Shown: positions 13,699-23,970 of the stretch, piece after piece
Numbering within the stretch: position 1 is the first letter of the stretch
Layout of the letters: every line of letters begins with the position of its first letter
Source of the DNA: Pelomyxa schiedti
Taxonomy: Eukaryota > Protista > Evosea
Assembly (NCBI GenBank): GCA_020536535.1
Contig: JAHLWZ010000793.1
Location: 117,239 to 181,238 of the forward strand
Length of the DNA: 64,000 nt
Direction of reading: 5' to 3'
Notes under the pieces: generated by a model
What the model saw: the letters and a program-made list of their open reading frames with translations, nothing else
Told to the model about the DNA's origin: nothing
The model's database searches: none
Translations under genes and position numbers: made by a program

Positions 13699-14794
13699 TC
13701 AACCTTTTACATTGTTCTTGTGGAATCGCCAGAACTGCTTATGCTTCATAGATGGAACATAAAGTGCATCAGCCGGACAGTTGGCAACACAGGCTGTGCA
13801 CTGCCAATACAGAAATGTCAACAAAGGTGATAAGATTGATTGAAAATCTTACGGCTGTACAAGAATCCTTCCTCCAGACGGGAAATTCTCCTTTGGAGAA
13901 AGTCATGGAGTTCGTTGGACATGAGAGCGCACATTTTCCACACTTTAAGCACTTGCTAGTATCACATAATACCGCTGGCACACTGAGTGGCCGGTACTAC
14001 GTCAAAAGTGAGCCAAGGGGAAACAGAATATGAGGCATGAAAATACCATCCTTGCGAGAGACTTGTCTTTCTCAATGGTCCTAATGTGAGAGCGGGCACC
14101 TTCTCTCACAAGGTTCACGGCATTCCCTGCACCCGCAAAGTGTTTCACCAGCTGCCCGCCAAGTTGTCTTCCATAGGCTGTGGCTGTCTCAATGATATTT
14201 GAACCCCACAGTAACTGTTTTGGCCTTGTTGGTAGGCACCACACAGCAGAATCGGGGCAAAGAAGCATTTCCCACTGAGAAAGCACAGGCTCTACTCCGG
14301 CCTTTGCCAGCGATTCAGCAAGAGTGGCATTACTCCATCCTGTTGCTTGCCCTGCTGTGGTAAAAACAAATCCCGGTTTTCCAGCAACGAGTGATTGTGG
14401 TAGCTGCCCCAATGAAACAATTAGGCGGTTCTTGACACACTAAATAGCAAAAGGGAAAATTACATACATCGCACAGGAACTGGGATATCCCGCAAGTTGC
14501 ATTAAACAAGACGCACAGGGTTCCACAGCCAATGACATGAGCCCATGCCAGGGCGTCGGCCAGAGCCTGTGTCCCACAATTTGCTGGGGCACGTGGCCCC
14601 CCGTAGTACAGCTCTTTGATAAGGGGCATGACGTCAAAAACCCTAGTCTCGAATGCGCTCCCAGTCTCTGTCCCTCCTTTTTTCAGTGACCCGAGGCCCT
14701 GCGCTATTTTGTCAGCTGCGTGGCGTGTGTTGCCTGTGAGGCTGTAGCACAATATCACCACGCGACACATCCCATCATGTGATTTGGAGGCCAT
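13699..14794 (-). CDS. Flavodoxin - 2x[4Fe-4S] ferredoxin fusion (EFR1-family-like)
   Basis: N-terminal flavodoxin FMN-binding loop VILCYSLTGNTRHAADKIA and GKPGFVFTTAG. After splicing, the C-terminus has two CxxCxxCxxxCP motifs (CLKCGKCALSCP and CTACTACVANCP), ending FHKNNVKG*. Confidence 0.82.
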
Positions 14795-14942
14795 GCTTCA
14801 AGTTTTTTTGGAACTTATATCTCTTCAACCGTGAGTGAATAGATTCTCAAGCGATGGGATGAATGAAGGAATTGTGTCTGTTCTATCTTGCCTACAGCAC
14901 TCCCATTTCAACAATTCACAAAAAAAACAAACTTTTTTTTGT

Positions 14943-16304
14943 TTAAGTAAAATGGAGGTGAAATGAGAAGGGTAGGGTCTCAACTGCGCAGGTTGTGACA
15001 GAGGTGGTGTCGTTGTGACACAGAGTGAGCAGGAGTGCACCTGTGGTTGCATCCGTTATTGTGTGAAGTGTGTATTGAGGGGATGTGTCTCCCTTCTTGA
15101 TTATGGCTCTCCCTTTGGTTTTGCCCCCAGTGCTGAGGGGATGGGATGAGGAATCTGCAATGATCAGGCCACACCCAACAATAACTTTGGTTGTGTTGTG
15201 GGGGTGTGAATGCACAAAACAGGGCACAGAGGGCTGCGGACACAGTGGCGTAAATACAGTGGTTGTGGTGTGGCTGTTGTCAGTGATGGCCAGGTGTGTG
15301 TCATCAACTCGGGAGGCAGAAGTTGGGGACTCATCCAGCCAGGTTATGATGTCGCCTGTGTTCATGTGGAGAAGCTGCTGTGTTCTCATTTTTCCCTTCA
15401 GGGGGGAAGAGAATGGGAAGTAATATTGCAACCCTGGCCTCTGAACAAGGGCATTGGGGAGTGTCATAAACCTTGACTGGGCCTTATTGGTGCACTCTAT
15501 CATATTACCATTTGGAATTGATCCGTATTGCATAACAGCCACCAAATCCACATGAAGGATGCAAGCCATATACTGACCGGAAGGCTGCTTCTGTTGTGTC
15601 CACATCAGCTCAATGATGTCACTATCCTCAGAGTACTCACTACGCCCATAGAACCTCACTCCTGGGCTGTGCTCAATCCATGGACAATCAAACACTTTCT
15701 CAGGTATCTGGGGTACAGAATCCACTACCCTCCACACATGAAGCTTCTCATGGCCACTGTCCCCAGTGATAACCACAATCCACCTTGTGTTGCAACAGCA
15801 CAGAATTGTAGACCCAATTCTGACCCCACTCAGCAGCAAAGTCGTCAGTTGCTCTGATGACGTGTCCATCACACTCACCCCATAATCATCAGTCCCAGGT
15901 GGGCCAACTTGGTGCTGCACCACTGAGTTGTTGCCCCCAATCCACCCAGAGAAGAAAGGTGGGATCGACACTGGGAGAGGGTGAACTATTATTCCAAGGG
16001 TGTGAGAGACTGAGAAGAAAACGTGCTTCTTCGAGCTCACGTGGGTGTCCGGTTGGTCAGAAGGATGGGAGAAAGTGAGGAGGATGTTTCTCTCGGGCCT
16101 GAGGATCCAGCCTTTTCCCAGAAATTCGACGATCACAGATGGTGGGAGAAGACCAACGAAACATGTCGACGAAGACGACTGAGATGGCGAGGAAGGACGA
16201 TGAACAAACGAACTCGCAGATGCAAAGGCAATGAATTGGCTCTTGGCATCAATTCCCTGCCCCTCGGCCACATAATTTGTCCCACCAACACACTTCATCC
16301 ACAC
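14943..16304 (-). CDS. Intronless hypothetical protein, 453 aa, probably from a lineage-specific family
   Basis: Single uninterrupted 453-codon ORF with a normal protein-like composition. It begins MWMKCVGG...IDAKSQFIAFASAS. No recognisable domain. Confidence 0.7.
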   Translation of the reverse strand: MWMKCVGGTNYVAEGQGIDAKSQFIAFASASSFVHRPSSPSQSSSSTCFVGLLPPSVIVEFLGKGWILRPERNILLTFSHPSDQPDTHVSSKKHVFFSVSHTLGIIVHPLPVSIPPFFSGWIGGNNSVVQHQVGPPGTDDYGVSVMDTSSEQLTTLLLSGVRIGSTILCCCNTRWIVVITGDSGHEKLHVWRVVDSVPQIPEKVFDCPWIEHSPGVRFYGRSEYSEDSDIIELMWTQQKQPSGQYMACILHVDLVAVMQYGSIPNGNMIECTNKAQSRFMTLPNALVQRPGLQYYFPFSSPLKGKMRTQQLLHMNTGDIITWLDESPTSASRVDDTHLAITDNSHTTTTVFTPLCPQPSVPCFVHSHPHNTTKVIVGCGLIIADSSSHPLSTGGKTKGRAIIKKGDTSPQYTLHTITDATTGALLLTLCHNDTTSVTTCAVETLPFSFHLHFT

Positions 16305-16376
16305 CGAATTTTTTTTGGTGTTTGATCGAAGAAAATTTTTTTTCGGGGAAGGTTAGTTGATTTTGTTTCAAGGTTC

Positions 16377-16780
16377 TTAGAGCTCTTCCCTTTGTGGTGG
16401 TCTTGCTCTGGCTGCGTTTGTGCCCAGTGCTCGCTTGAGGCTTGCAGTTACGGGAGAATCAATCAATTCTACTTGTTCAGTACCATAGGTTTCCTGAAGG
16501 AGTGATGAATTCAGTGTGTTTGAGGGGTTGGAATTACCGAGAGTTTCTTCACAATAGCCGCCAAGGTGTCTTGGGAGTTGAAAGTTCTGACAAGAGTTTC
16601 CAAGGATGAACCATCAATCGTCAGGGCGGTACTTGCAACCTGAGCGGCTTCCTCCAGGGAATCTGCATCAACTTTTGCTGGTACAAGATTGAGGAGTACA
16701 TCTTTCCTGAACTAAAAAAAGTAAAACGAGTGCAAGCTGGAAACCCCGTCACGAACGTAAAGTTGCCAGATGTACTCGCG

Positions 16781-16871
<91 letters not shown>

Positions 16872-17487
16872 ACACCTGCCGTGTATTTGTATCCGAGACA
16901 GCTGTTGCAGCAACCAGCGCCACGCAACGAACAAGCCTGTATATGGCTCTGTTGACATCCTCCACCGTAAGTTCCCGCTCCATCAACGGCGCCGGCGCAA
17001 CCGGCACCTTGGCGTTGACCATCTTCTCCATAAAGTTCGGCGTGTCTCGCCTCTTGAGCTCGCGCACTGCCGGGTCCGTCCTCATCTCGGCCGCGGCCCT
17101 CTTGACGTACGACTTGACCCTGCGCGCCGCGTCCTTGGCCTCCTCGCCGGCCCTCCCCGTCACTCCCGGGGCCCCCGAGGCGTGCTCCTCGCCCTTGAAC
17201 CCGTCGATCGCGGTGTCGACCGCCGCGATGAGCGCGTCCTTCACGTAGGTCGGCGAGGCGGCGTCCTTCGGCATCGCGGGGGGAGCGGGCGTCGTGTCGT
17301 CGCGCCTGTTCCCGAACGACCTCAGCTTCTGCGCGGCCTCGCGGACTCCCAGGAAGGGAGGGGGCGCGCTGCCGGACGGCTGGTCCTTGGGTTCCTCGTG
17401 TGTGATGCGCTTGCCCCCTAGCCGCTCGTCCGCAACGGCGGCGACGACAACCAACAACACCAGTCCGACAACGCCCAGCGTCTTCAT
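16377..17487 (-). CDS. Signal-peptide protein with C-terminal REEL (KDEL-like ER retention), unknown function
   Basis: Hydrophobic leader MKTLGVVGLVLLVVVAAVA in a GC-rich exon 1. Spliced downstream exons read KDVLLNLVPAKVDADSLEEAAQV... and ETYGTEQVELIDSP...PPQREEL*. Confidence 0.7.
16781..16869. repeat. 89-nt A homopolymer (poly-U in intron 1 of the minus-strand REEL gene)
   Basis: Direct reading of the sequence. It starts just downstream of the CAG|GTGTGG donor on the minus strand. Confidence 0.9.
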
Positions 17488-17536
17488 CGCGTGTAAACGA
17501 TAGTTGTTGCAGAGTTCTGAAAAAAAAAAAGGGAGC

Positions 17537-18980
17537 GAGGTGTGAAACTAACAAGTGAGAAACGGGAGGGAGTGGCTCCTGATCTCCGAATCCCCTGAGA
17601 ACGTTCCTCCAATAATAATAATAGAGAACCTAAGGAGTCAAGATCCAAGTTTCTAAAAAATTAAACAAAAGAACCTCACTCTTCGATGGTGCGGACCCGG
17701 TTTTTGCGACACGACACGACACGATTTTTCTATGCATTTTTGACTTGTTGTTGTTTCTTCTAGTCATCTCGATCGCGAAGTCGATCTCCAGCCCGCTCGC
17801 GTTCGCGGTCACGTTCTCCACAGAGGAGCCCCAGGAGGTTTCTGCTCCACCATGGATAAAATACGTACTTACACTCCATTTTAAGGAGCTCGCCATACCG
17901 CGGCAGCAGCCGCGACCGAGCACACAGCACTTGTGTGTTTGTTGGGAATTTACCTTTCAACTTCCGTGAACGCGATGTTTACGACTACTTCGAGCGTTGT
18001 GGCCCGATTCGTAAGGTTACCATTGGCATGAACAGGTATTTTCCCAAGGTTTTTAACGCACACAAAGGGGAGCTCACAAGTTTTACTTTTTCGCCAGAAA
18101 CACCGGACAAAGCAGGGGATATGCCTTCGTCGACTTTGAGGACAGGCGTGACGCTGAAGATGCCTTTGAACGGTGCCTTTTTAGTTTTATATGGCGTACG
18201 AAACCTAACCTCCCAACAGTTACAATGGGTACGAGATATCTGGTCGTCGTTTGCGTCTTGATTGGGATGTCGGTCTTCCAAAGAAGATGCAAGTTTACAC
18301 AAGGCAGCGACGCCAGACCGGGGATTCCCGCTCGAGGTCCCGTTCTCCACGGTTTGTTTTCAATTCGTATTCCCCCGCATCACCACCACCTCACACTTCT
18401 GACAGGTACCGTTATAGGTCAAGGTCCAGATCATCGAGGAGCCCCTCAAAGTCAAGGTCGCGCTCGCCGCGGTCCCATTCACGTGGGAGGCACCACAAGT
18501 CGTCACACTCCAGGTCCCACTCACCCAAGAAAAACCACAGTATGTGATCGCTCCATTTTTTTAATGCTGGCCAGGATTTTTAACTTTAATTCTTCCAGGC
18601 TCGACTCCAGTGAAGACAGACCCCCAACCAACACACGATGCACCCGCCAATAACCCATAAGGTGGTGTCCTCTGTTGTGGAACAGGCTGATGATGATTTT
18701 TTTTGGGGACATAAGAAAATTGAAGAATGCCTGAATGGAAGAAGAAGAAGTGGATATTATGATGATTTGTGGAATTGTGGAATTGTGAATGTGGAATTGT
18801 TTAGAAACGACAGGAGGAGCAACTTTCTGTGCCCTTGGCCACAACAGCATGATGAAAGGAAAAAGAGATTTCTTTCTTTCTTTCCGGTCTTATCATCACC
18901 CTTTCTTCTTTCCCATTGTGTTAGTTACTCTGTGGGAGTTCACACTTTTGTGAGTCCCAGCCTCTTCATGGAGACACCAA
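17537..18980 (+). repeat. Direct repeat copy A (about 1.44 kb) containing the Tra2-like gene
   Basis: Aligns by eye with 22214-23642. The core 17724-18907 is near-identical to copy B at offset 4670, and the flanks are diverged but alignable. Confidence 0.9.
17686..18660 (+). CDS. SR-type splicing factor with RS-RRM-RS layout (Tra2/SR45a-like), copy 1
   Basis: ATG-only first coding exon (ATG|gtgcgg...tag|TCA TCT CGA), then an RS domain. RRM: CVFVGNLPFNFRERDVYDYFERCGPI..GQSRGYAFVDFEDRRDAEDAFERYNGYEISGRRLRLDWD. Second RS domain, ending APANNP*. Confidence 0.85.
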
Positions 18981-19045
18981 TGTGATTTGTCATCAATTTT
19001 CTATGAAAATATCTAATCTAACTTAAACCAGTTATAGCTTAGACC

Positions 19046-19790
19046 TCATCTAGTCATTGTGTTCCTATGGAGAAAATGATGACTCCCTACTTGGAGAATG
19101 ATCTGGAATGCTTTGTTTTTTTGGCCCTGTGGACCCTTGGGAAAAGATGGGCCAAATTGGGGTTTATTTCCACATTTTCTACACCACTGTGTACACACTT
19201 TGGGCCTTGAGACAAGCAGTTCGCCATTGACACGTTTGGAACCAGCAGGGAGGGAAACGCAGCCTGTATGGCAGACATGCACAGGATTCTGACCTTCGCA
19301 CCTGATGCCCACCCACTCATATCTGGGAACAGTCTCACCCCCAAACGATGCCTCAAAGGCAATGGGAATTGAGTGGGGGAAGCTTGCAGCCTACTTCAAT
19401 CTCCCTGGGGTCCAAGATTACCAAATCACAAGTGCAGTGTTTGCCTCAGCTGAGAGTGGGTCCAGGCTGCCAAGGGCAGCATGACGCAGAAGGACTACAT
19501 AAAGTTGCTCTTTACACACAGCACTCTCAGCCCTACATTGGCACAGCTTGCTTTGAGGCGGGTCTGTTGTGTTCAACCCAGTGTTTGACCCCCAGTCAAC
19601 TTCTGGCCCACCAAGACAACAGTCGCCAATCCTCTCAGCCCAGGGGTCAAGCATTCACTCTTTTCATTGAGTGCTGCAAAGGCATGGCACACAAAAGCAC
19701 ACATGGAGGCCTCTGGCACCAGGGAGCAAGGGTGGGGCCATGCTCTTTTACAAAGAGGTGGTAGTCGCGTGCCTCATCCAGAGCATGTGA
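19046..19790 (+). pseudogene. Possible decayed coding sequence
   Basis: About 50% GC block in which protein-like stretches (DKQFAIDTFG..., KAMGIEWGKLAAYFNLPGVQDYQI..., MTQKDYIKLLFTHSTLSPTLAQLALRR...) alternate between frames with stops and no obvious introns. Confidence 0.3.
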
Positions 19791-20077
19791 AATCGACTGT
19801 GGGCTGTTGACAACCTATTTTTTTGTTTTTTTTCCTACAATAGAAACATATGCTAAGTTGCCCCAACACCCAAAACTCAAAACCCAGTCGCCAGAGGGCG
19901 CCCACCAACCCAAAGGAATAAACATTTAGAAAGTCTAATCCCGTTAGCTCTTGAGGGTTACAAAACCCAAAGGGGAAAATAGTTGGGTGGGTTGTAGGTA
20001 GTAGGTAGTAGGTAGTAGCTCCACGGAAAGATAAAGTAGACGTGTGTGGTTGTTGTGCAATCACCAACTGGAACCCG

Positions 20078-21358
20078 TCACTCCAGACCATACCCGAGTA
20101 CATCGTACACAACTTCACCCAGCATCACCACTTGTTCTATGTCATCAATATGGTGATATGTAACTATGTCCTTGCGGTAGTTGGCATATGGCCCACCATG
20201 AGTCGAACCTGATGGAGTCCAAATCCACAGCACACCCGACTCGTCAATAAGTGTCGCGCCGCCCTCCTGCGCCATTCTGCTGACCATGACGTCGTCATAC
20301 TCCTCATAGGCAGCCTTTTTCAGGTCCCATGCGGGTAGAATTTTGCATATTCCTTGCAGGCAAGTCCTGGACATGATAACTCCACCTCCACTAGCCCACT
20401 TTCGCCTTGCAGGAAATCCTTAAGCAACGGTTAATGAGATACTTTTTGTTTTACAGTTCGGTACAATACCTTCAGGTGCAGGATGGTGCCACTGAACCGG
20501 GTCTTTACCGTGCAGATAACAGATCAATTGGATATCATTTGGGTTGTATCTGTATCGCCATTTAAAAAGGGCATATGGTATGGAAAGAGTTACTTGGAAA
20601 GTAATTTCAGTAAGTTGGGAGCCAAAACCAATCGTAATCGAAATTTTTAGTGGCACCTTCTGTTGCATTGCAAAGCCACCTGTAGTAAAGATAGAACTTT
20701 TGACAGAGTTCAGACATAGAGCCATCACCAATATTGGTGGAAATCACCGGGTAAATTCTTAGAAGATTAGTTGAGTAAAAATTGGACTTGAGTACTTAGA
20801 TCGGTGTTCAATTTGACGGACTTTGAGTTCCACATCTGGGGGGTTCCCACCAGAAATGAAATGAAAGGGAAACAAGCGGCCCCATCCAGTCAGTACCTTC
20901 TTCATCTCTGCATCATTGCGGGATGCCATATTGAATAAAATTCCCTCTGGCGTTCATCCATTATTGGCCATCCTCCTTGTTTGTGGGGTGGTGGGCATGA
21001 GCTTGCTTGCTGACTGCATGGTGGGGGAGTCGGTTTGTCAGCTAGTTGAGGGCAACTGCAATTGGATACAGGCGTAATGTCAGTGGCGGCAGCGGGAGCG
21101 GGAGCGAGAGTGGTACATCGACGCGGACTCTCCACAACCAACTGGAAATAGCCAAGACCAACTAGGTTCATGTTACTCTCAATCATTGGTACATCACCCC
21201 CCCCCCGCCCCAAAACTTAGGCACAAAGTTACAAAGACACAACCGCGGCGGGATACAATGAAACGACACGACTAGTAACTACGGCTAATTACTTACTTAC
21301 TTAGTGTTATTACGAGGGCAACCACTGCAACGAGAGCCAACACCAACAATTTCCTCAT
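20078..21358 (-). CDS. Type II membrane glycosyltransferase, GT31/Fringe/core-1 galactosyltransferase-like
   Basis: Signal anchor MRKLLVLALVAVVALVITLS and a Pro/Thr-rich stem. Then YRYNPNDIQLICYLHG, WASGGGVIMSRTCL (compare SGGAGYVLSR), EYDDVMVSRM (compare EDV) and VTYHHID. The DxD motif could not be placed. Confidence 0.55.
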
Positions 21359-22213
21359 TCCTTGTTTTGTTTTTAAGTTCGGCGGTCACCAGAGAAAAAC
21401 TTATTTGAAAAATCAACAGACCGGAACGCTGTCATTTTACGTTACCATCGCTCAGTCCTGGCGTTTTTTTTATTTAGCCATCTGGTGTTTAATTTTTGTC
21501 AGATGGAGCCAGCATGCATGGGTTTGTGTGTCTGTAGGGTTGTTGCCTTTGTGGAGATGAAGAGCACCTCTGTTTGCAACACAACAAAGATAGAGATATA
21601 TTATCTTTGTAATCTTTTTTCAATTTAGTTTTATATTAATGCACCCTTGTGAAGGTACAACAAAGTGCATAGCTTTGAAGATAAAAATAAACACATCATT
21701 GGTTGGGACCATCAATATTTTCCATGCAAATTCCATGTTCAGTTGGTATTTTGTGTAATGTGGTCAAAAACAATGTTGAAAAAATAAACTTACATAAGAT
21801 AAATTCCCCACAATTTTCAAACAGTGGCCATCCTCAGGTCTTTCCAGACCACTCATTAATGGAGCAAACCAATGCCAAACTAGCCAAAAAGAGATGCTTC
21901 AATCAAGTTGACATTCTTTACATCCTGACCAAAGAAAAACTTGTCACTTACACACAAGGTTACCAAAACAAGTTACTTATGAATAACTTTGACACAGACT
22001 TGAAAGTTGAGATCTAAAGGTGATACTGAAATCACTTTGTCTTGTGTCCTTACCCAATCAACTCCTTTCATTAAGATAGTGCAACTGCAAACTAGAAGTT
22101 TGGACCAGTTCCACTGGAGAGTAGGGCCAGAACCAGCACACAGGAGCACAAGTAGACACCACCTGAGAATAGTCCACAAGGAGCTCAACTTCATCACATG
22201 TAAATTGGTGGCT

Positions 22214-23642
22214 GAGGTGTGAAGCTAACAACTGAGAAACGAGTGAGTGGCTGGCTCCTGATCTCCGAACCCCCCCCTCCAATAATAGATAGAAGAAAAT
22301 TTAAAAAAAACTCAAAAAAAAAAAAGGAACTCTCCCACTCTTCGATGGTGCGGACCCGGTTTTTGCGACACGACACGACACGCTTCGTGGAGGATTTTTC
22401 TATGCATTTTTGACTTGTTGTTGTTTCTTCTAGTCATCTCGATCGCGAAGCCGATCTCCAGCCCGCTCGCGTTCGCGGTCACGTTCTCCACAGAGGAGCC
22501 CCAGGAGGTTTCTGCTCCACCATGGATAAAATACGTACTTACACTCCATTTTAAGGAGCTCGCCATACCGCGGCAGCAGCCGCGACCGAGCACACAGCAC
22601 TTGTGTGTTTGTTGGGAATTTACCTTTCAACTTCCGTGAACGCGATGTTTACGACTACTTCGAGCGTTGTGGCCCGATTCGTAAGGTTACCATTGGCATG
22701 AACAGGTATTTTCCCAAGGTTTTTAACGCACACAAAGGGGAGCTCACAAGTTTTACTTTTTCGCCAGAAACACCGGACAAAGCAGGGGATATGCCTTCGT
22801 CGACTTTGAGGACAGGCGTGACGCTGAAGATGCCTTTGAACGGTGCCTTTTTAGTTTTATATGGCGTACGAAACCTAACCTCCCAACAGTTACAATGGGT
22901 ACGAGATATCTGGTCGTCGTTTGCGTCTTGATTGGGATGTCGGTCTTCCAAAGAAGATGCAAGTTTACACAAGGCAGCGACGCCAGACCGGGGATTCCCG
23001 CTCGAGGTCCCGTTCTCCACGGTTTGTTTTCAATTCGTATTCCCCCGCATCACCACCACCTCACACTTCTGACAGGTACCGTTATAGGTCAAGGTCCAGA
23101 TCATCGAGGAGCCCCTCAAAGTCAAGGTCGCGCTCGCCGCGGTCCCATTCACGTGGGAGGCACCACAAGTCGTCACACTCCAGGTCCCACTCACCCAAGA
23201 AAAACCACAGTATGTGATCGCTCCATTTTTTTAATGCTGGCCAGGATTTTTAACTTTAATTCTTCCAGGCTCGACTCCAGTGAAGACAGACCCCCAACCA
23301 ACACACGATGCACCCGCCAATAACCCATAAGGTGGTGTCCTCTGTTGTGGAACAGGCTGATGATGATTTTTTTTGGGGACATAAGAAAATTGAAGAATGC
23401 CTGAATGGAAGAAGAAGAAGTGGATATTATGATGATTTGTGGAATTGTGGAATTGTGAATGTGGAATTGTTTAGAAACGACAGGAGGAGCAACTTTCTGT
23501 GCCCTTGGCCACAACAGCATGATGAAAGGAAAAAGAGATTTCTTTCTTTCTTTCCGGTCTTATCATCACCCTTTCTTTTTTTCTCGTTGTCTTAGGTATT
23601 CTGTGGGAGTCTTTTGGGAGTCCCAGCCTCTTCTGGACACAA
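22214..23642 (+). repeat. Direct repeat copy B containing the Tra2-like gene
   Basis: Aligns with 17537-18980; has an 11-nt insertion in intron 1 relative to copy A. Confidence 0.9.
22345..23330 (+). CDS. Tra2/SR45a-like SR splicing factor, copy 2
   Basis: Same exon structure and protein as 17686-18660. One synonymous change was noticed (AGT/AGC at 17781/22451). Confidence 0.85.
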
Positions 23643-23970
23643 CGTGGCGACGGGTCGATTTGCAAATGAAGCTGTCTGTATCCAACTTCATAAGAGAACC
23701 GTTTCTTGACTTGACTTGGAGGAGAAGTTGTCACGTGAGAACTCTGTACCTGCGAAACATCCCCACAGCAATGAATGAGGGGACCACCCAGTACCATTAA
23801 TTCGATTCTTGGATTTGCATTTATGCCAGTCATTTTATGGAATGTATAATTTTCCAGTAACCCCACCATGAAATGTTGTGAATGATTATTTGTGCATGTA
23901 GGTCATTGAGTTTATTATGCCAACTACAAAAAAATATCTTAGGTCTTTCCTGTGGTTTGGTGAACAAAAC

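Noticed and set aside
16712-17248. ORFs with poly-Lys or poly-Phe tracts
   Set aside because: They are translations of an intronic A/T homopolymer. It is not a retrocopy poly(A) tail, since it is poly-U on the sense strand of an intron and no target-site duplication was seen.
18760-18800. Short GGAATTGT-type tandem repeat; also (GTAGGTA)n near 19995-20020
   Set aside because: Only 3-4 imperfect units with no spacers. These are ordinary microsatellite-like repeats, not CRISPR or telomeric arrays.
21400-22210. Short ORFs upstream of SR copy 2 as a possible transposase remnant
   Set aside because: No DDE or RT motifs, terminal repeats or target-site duplication recognised.
23308-23800. Possible extra gene in the 3' flank of the SR gene (MWNCLETTGG...RTLYLRNIP)
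   Set aside because: No recognisable motif, the start is ambiguous and the copy-1 equivalent ends early. It could be UTR or intergenic.
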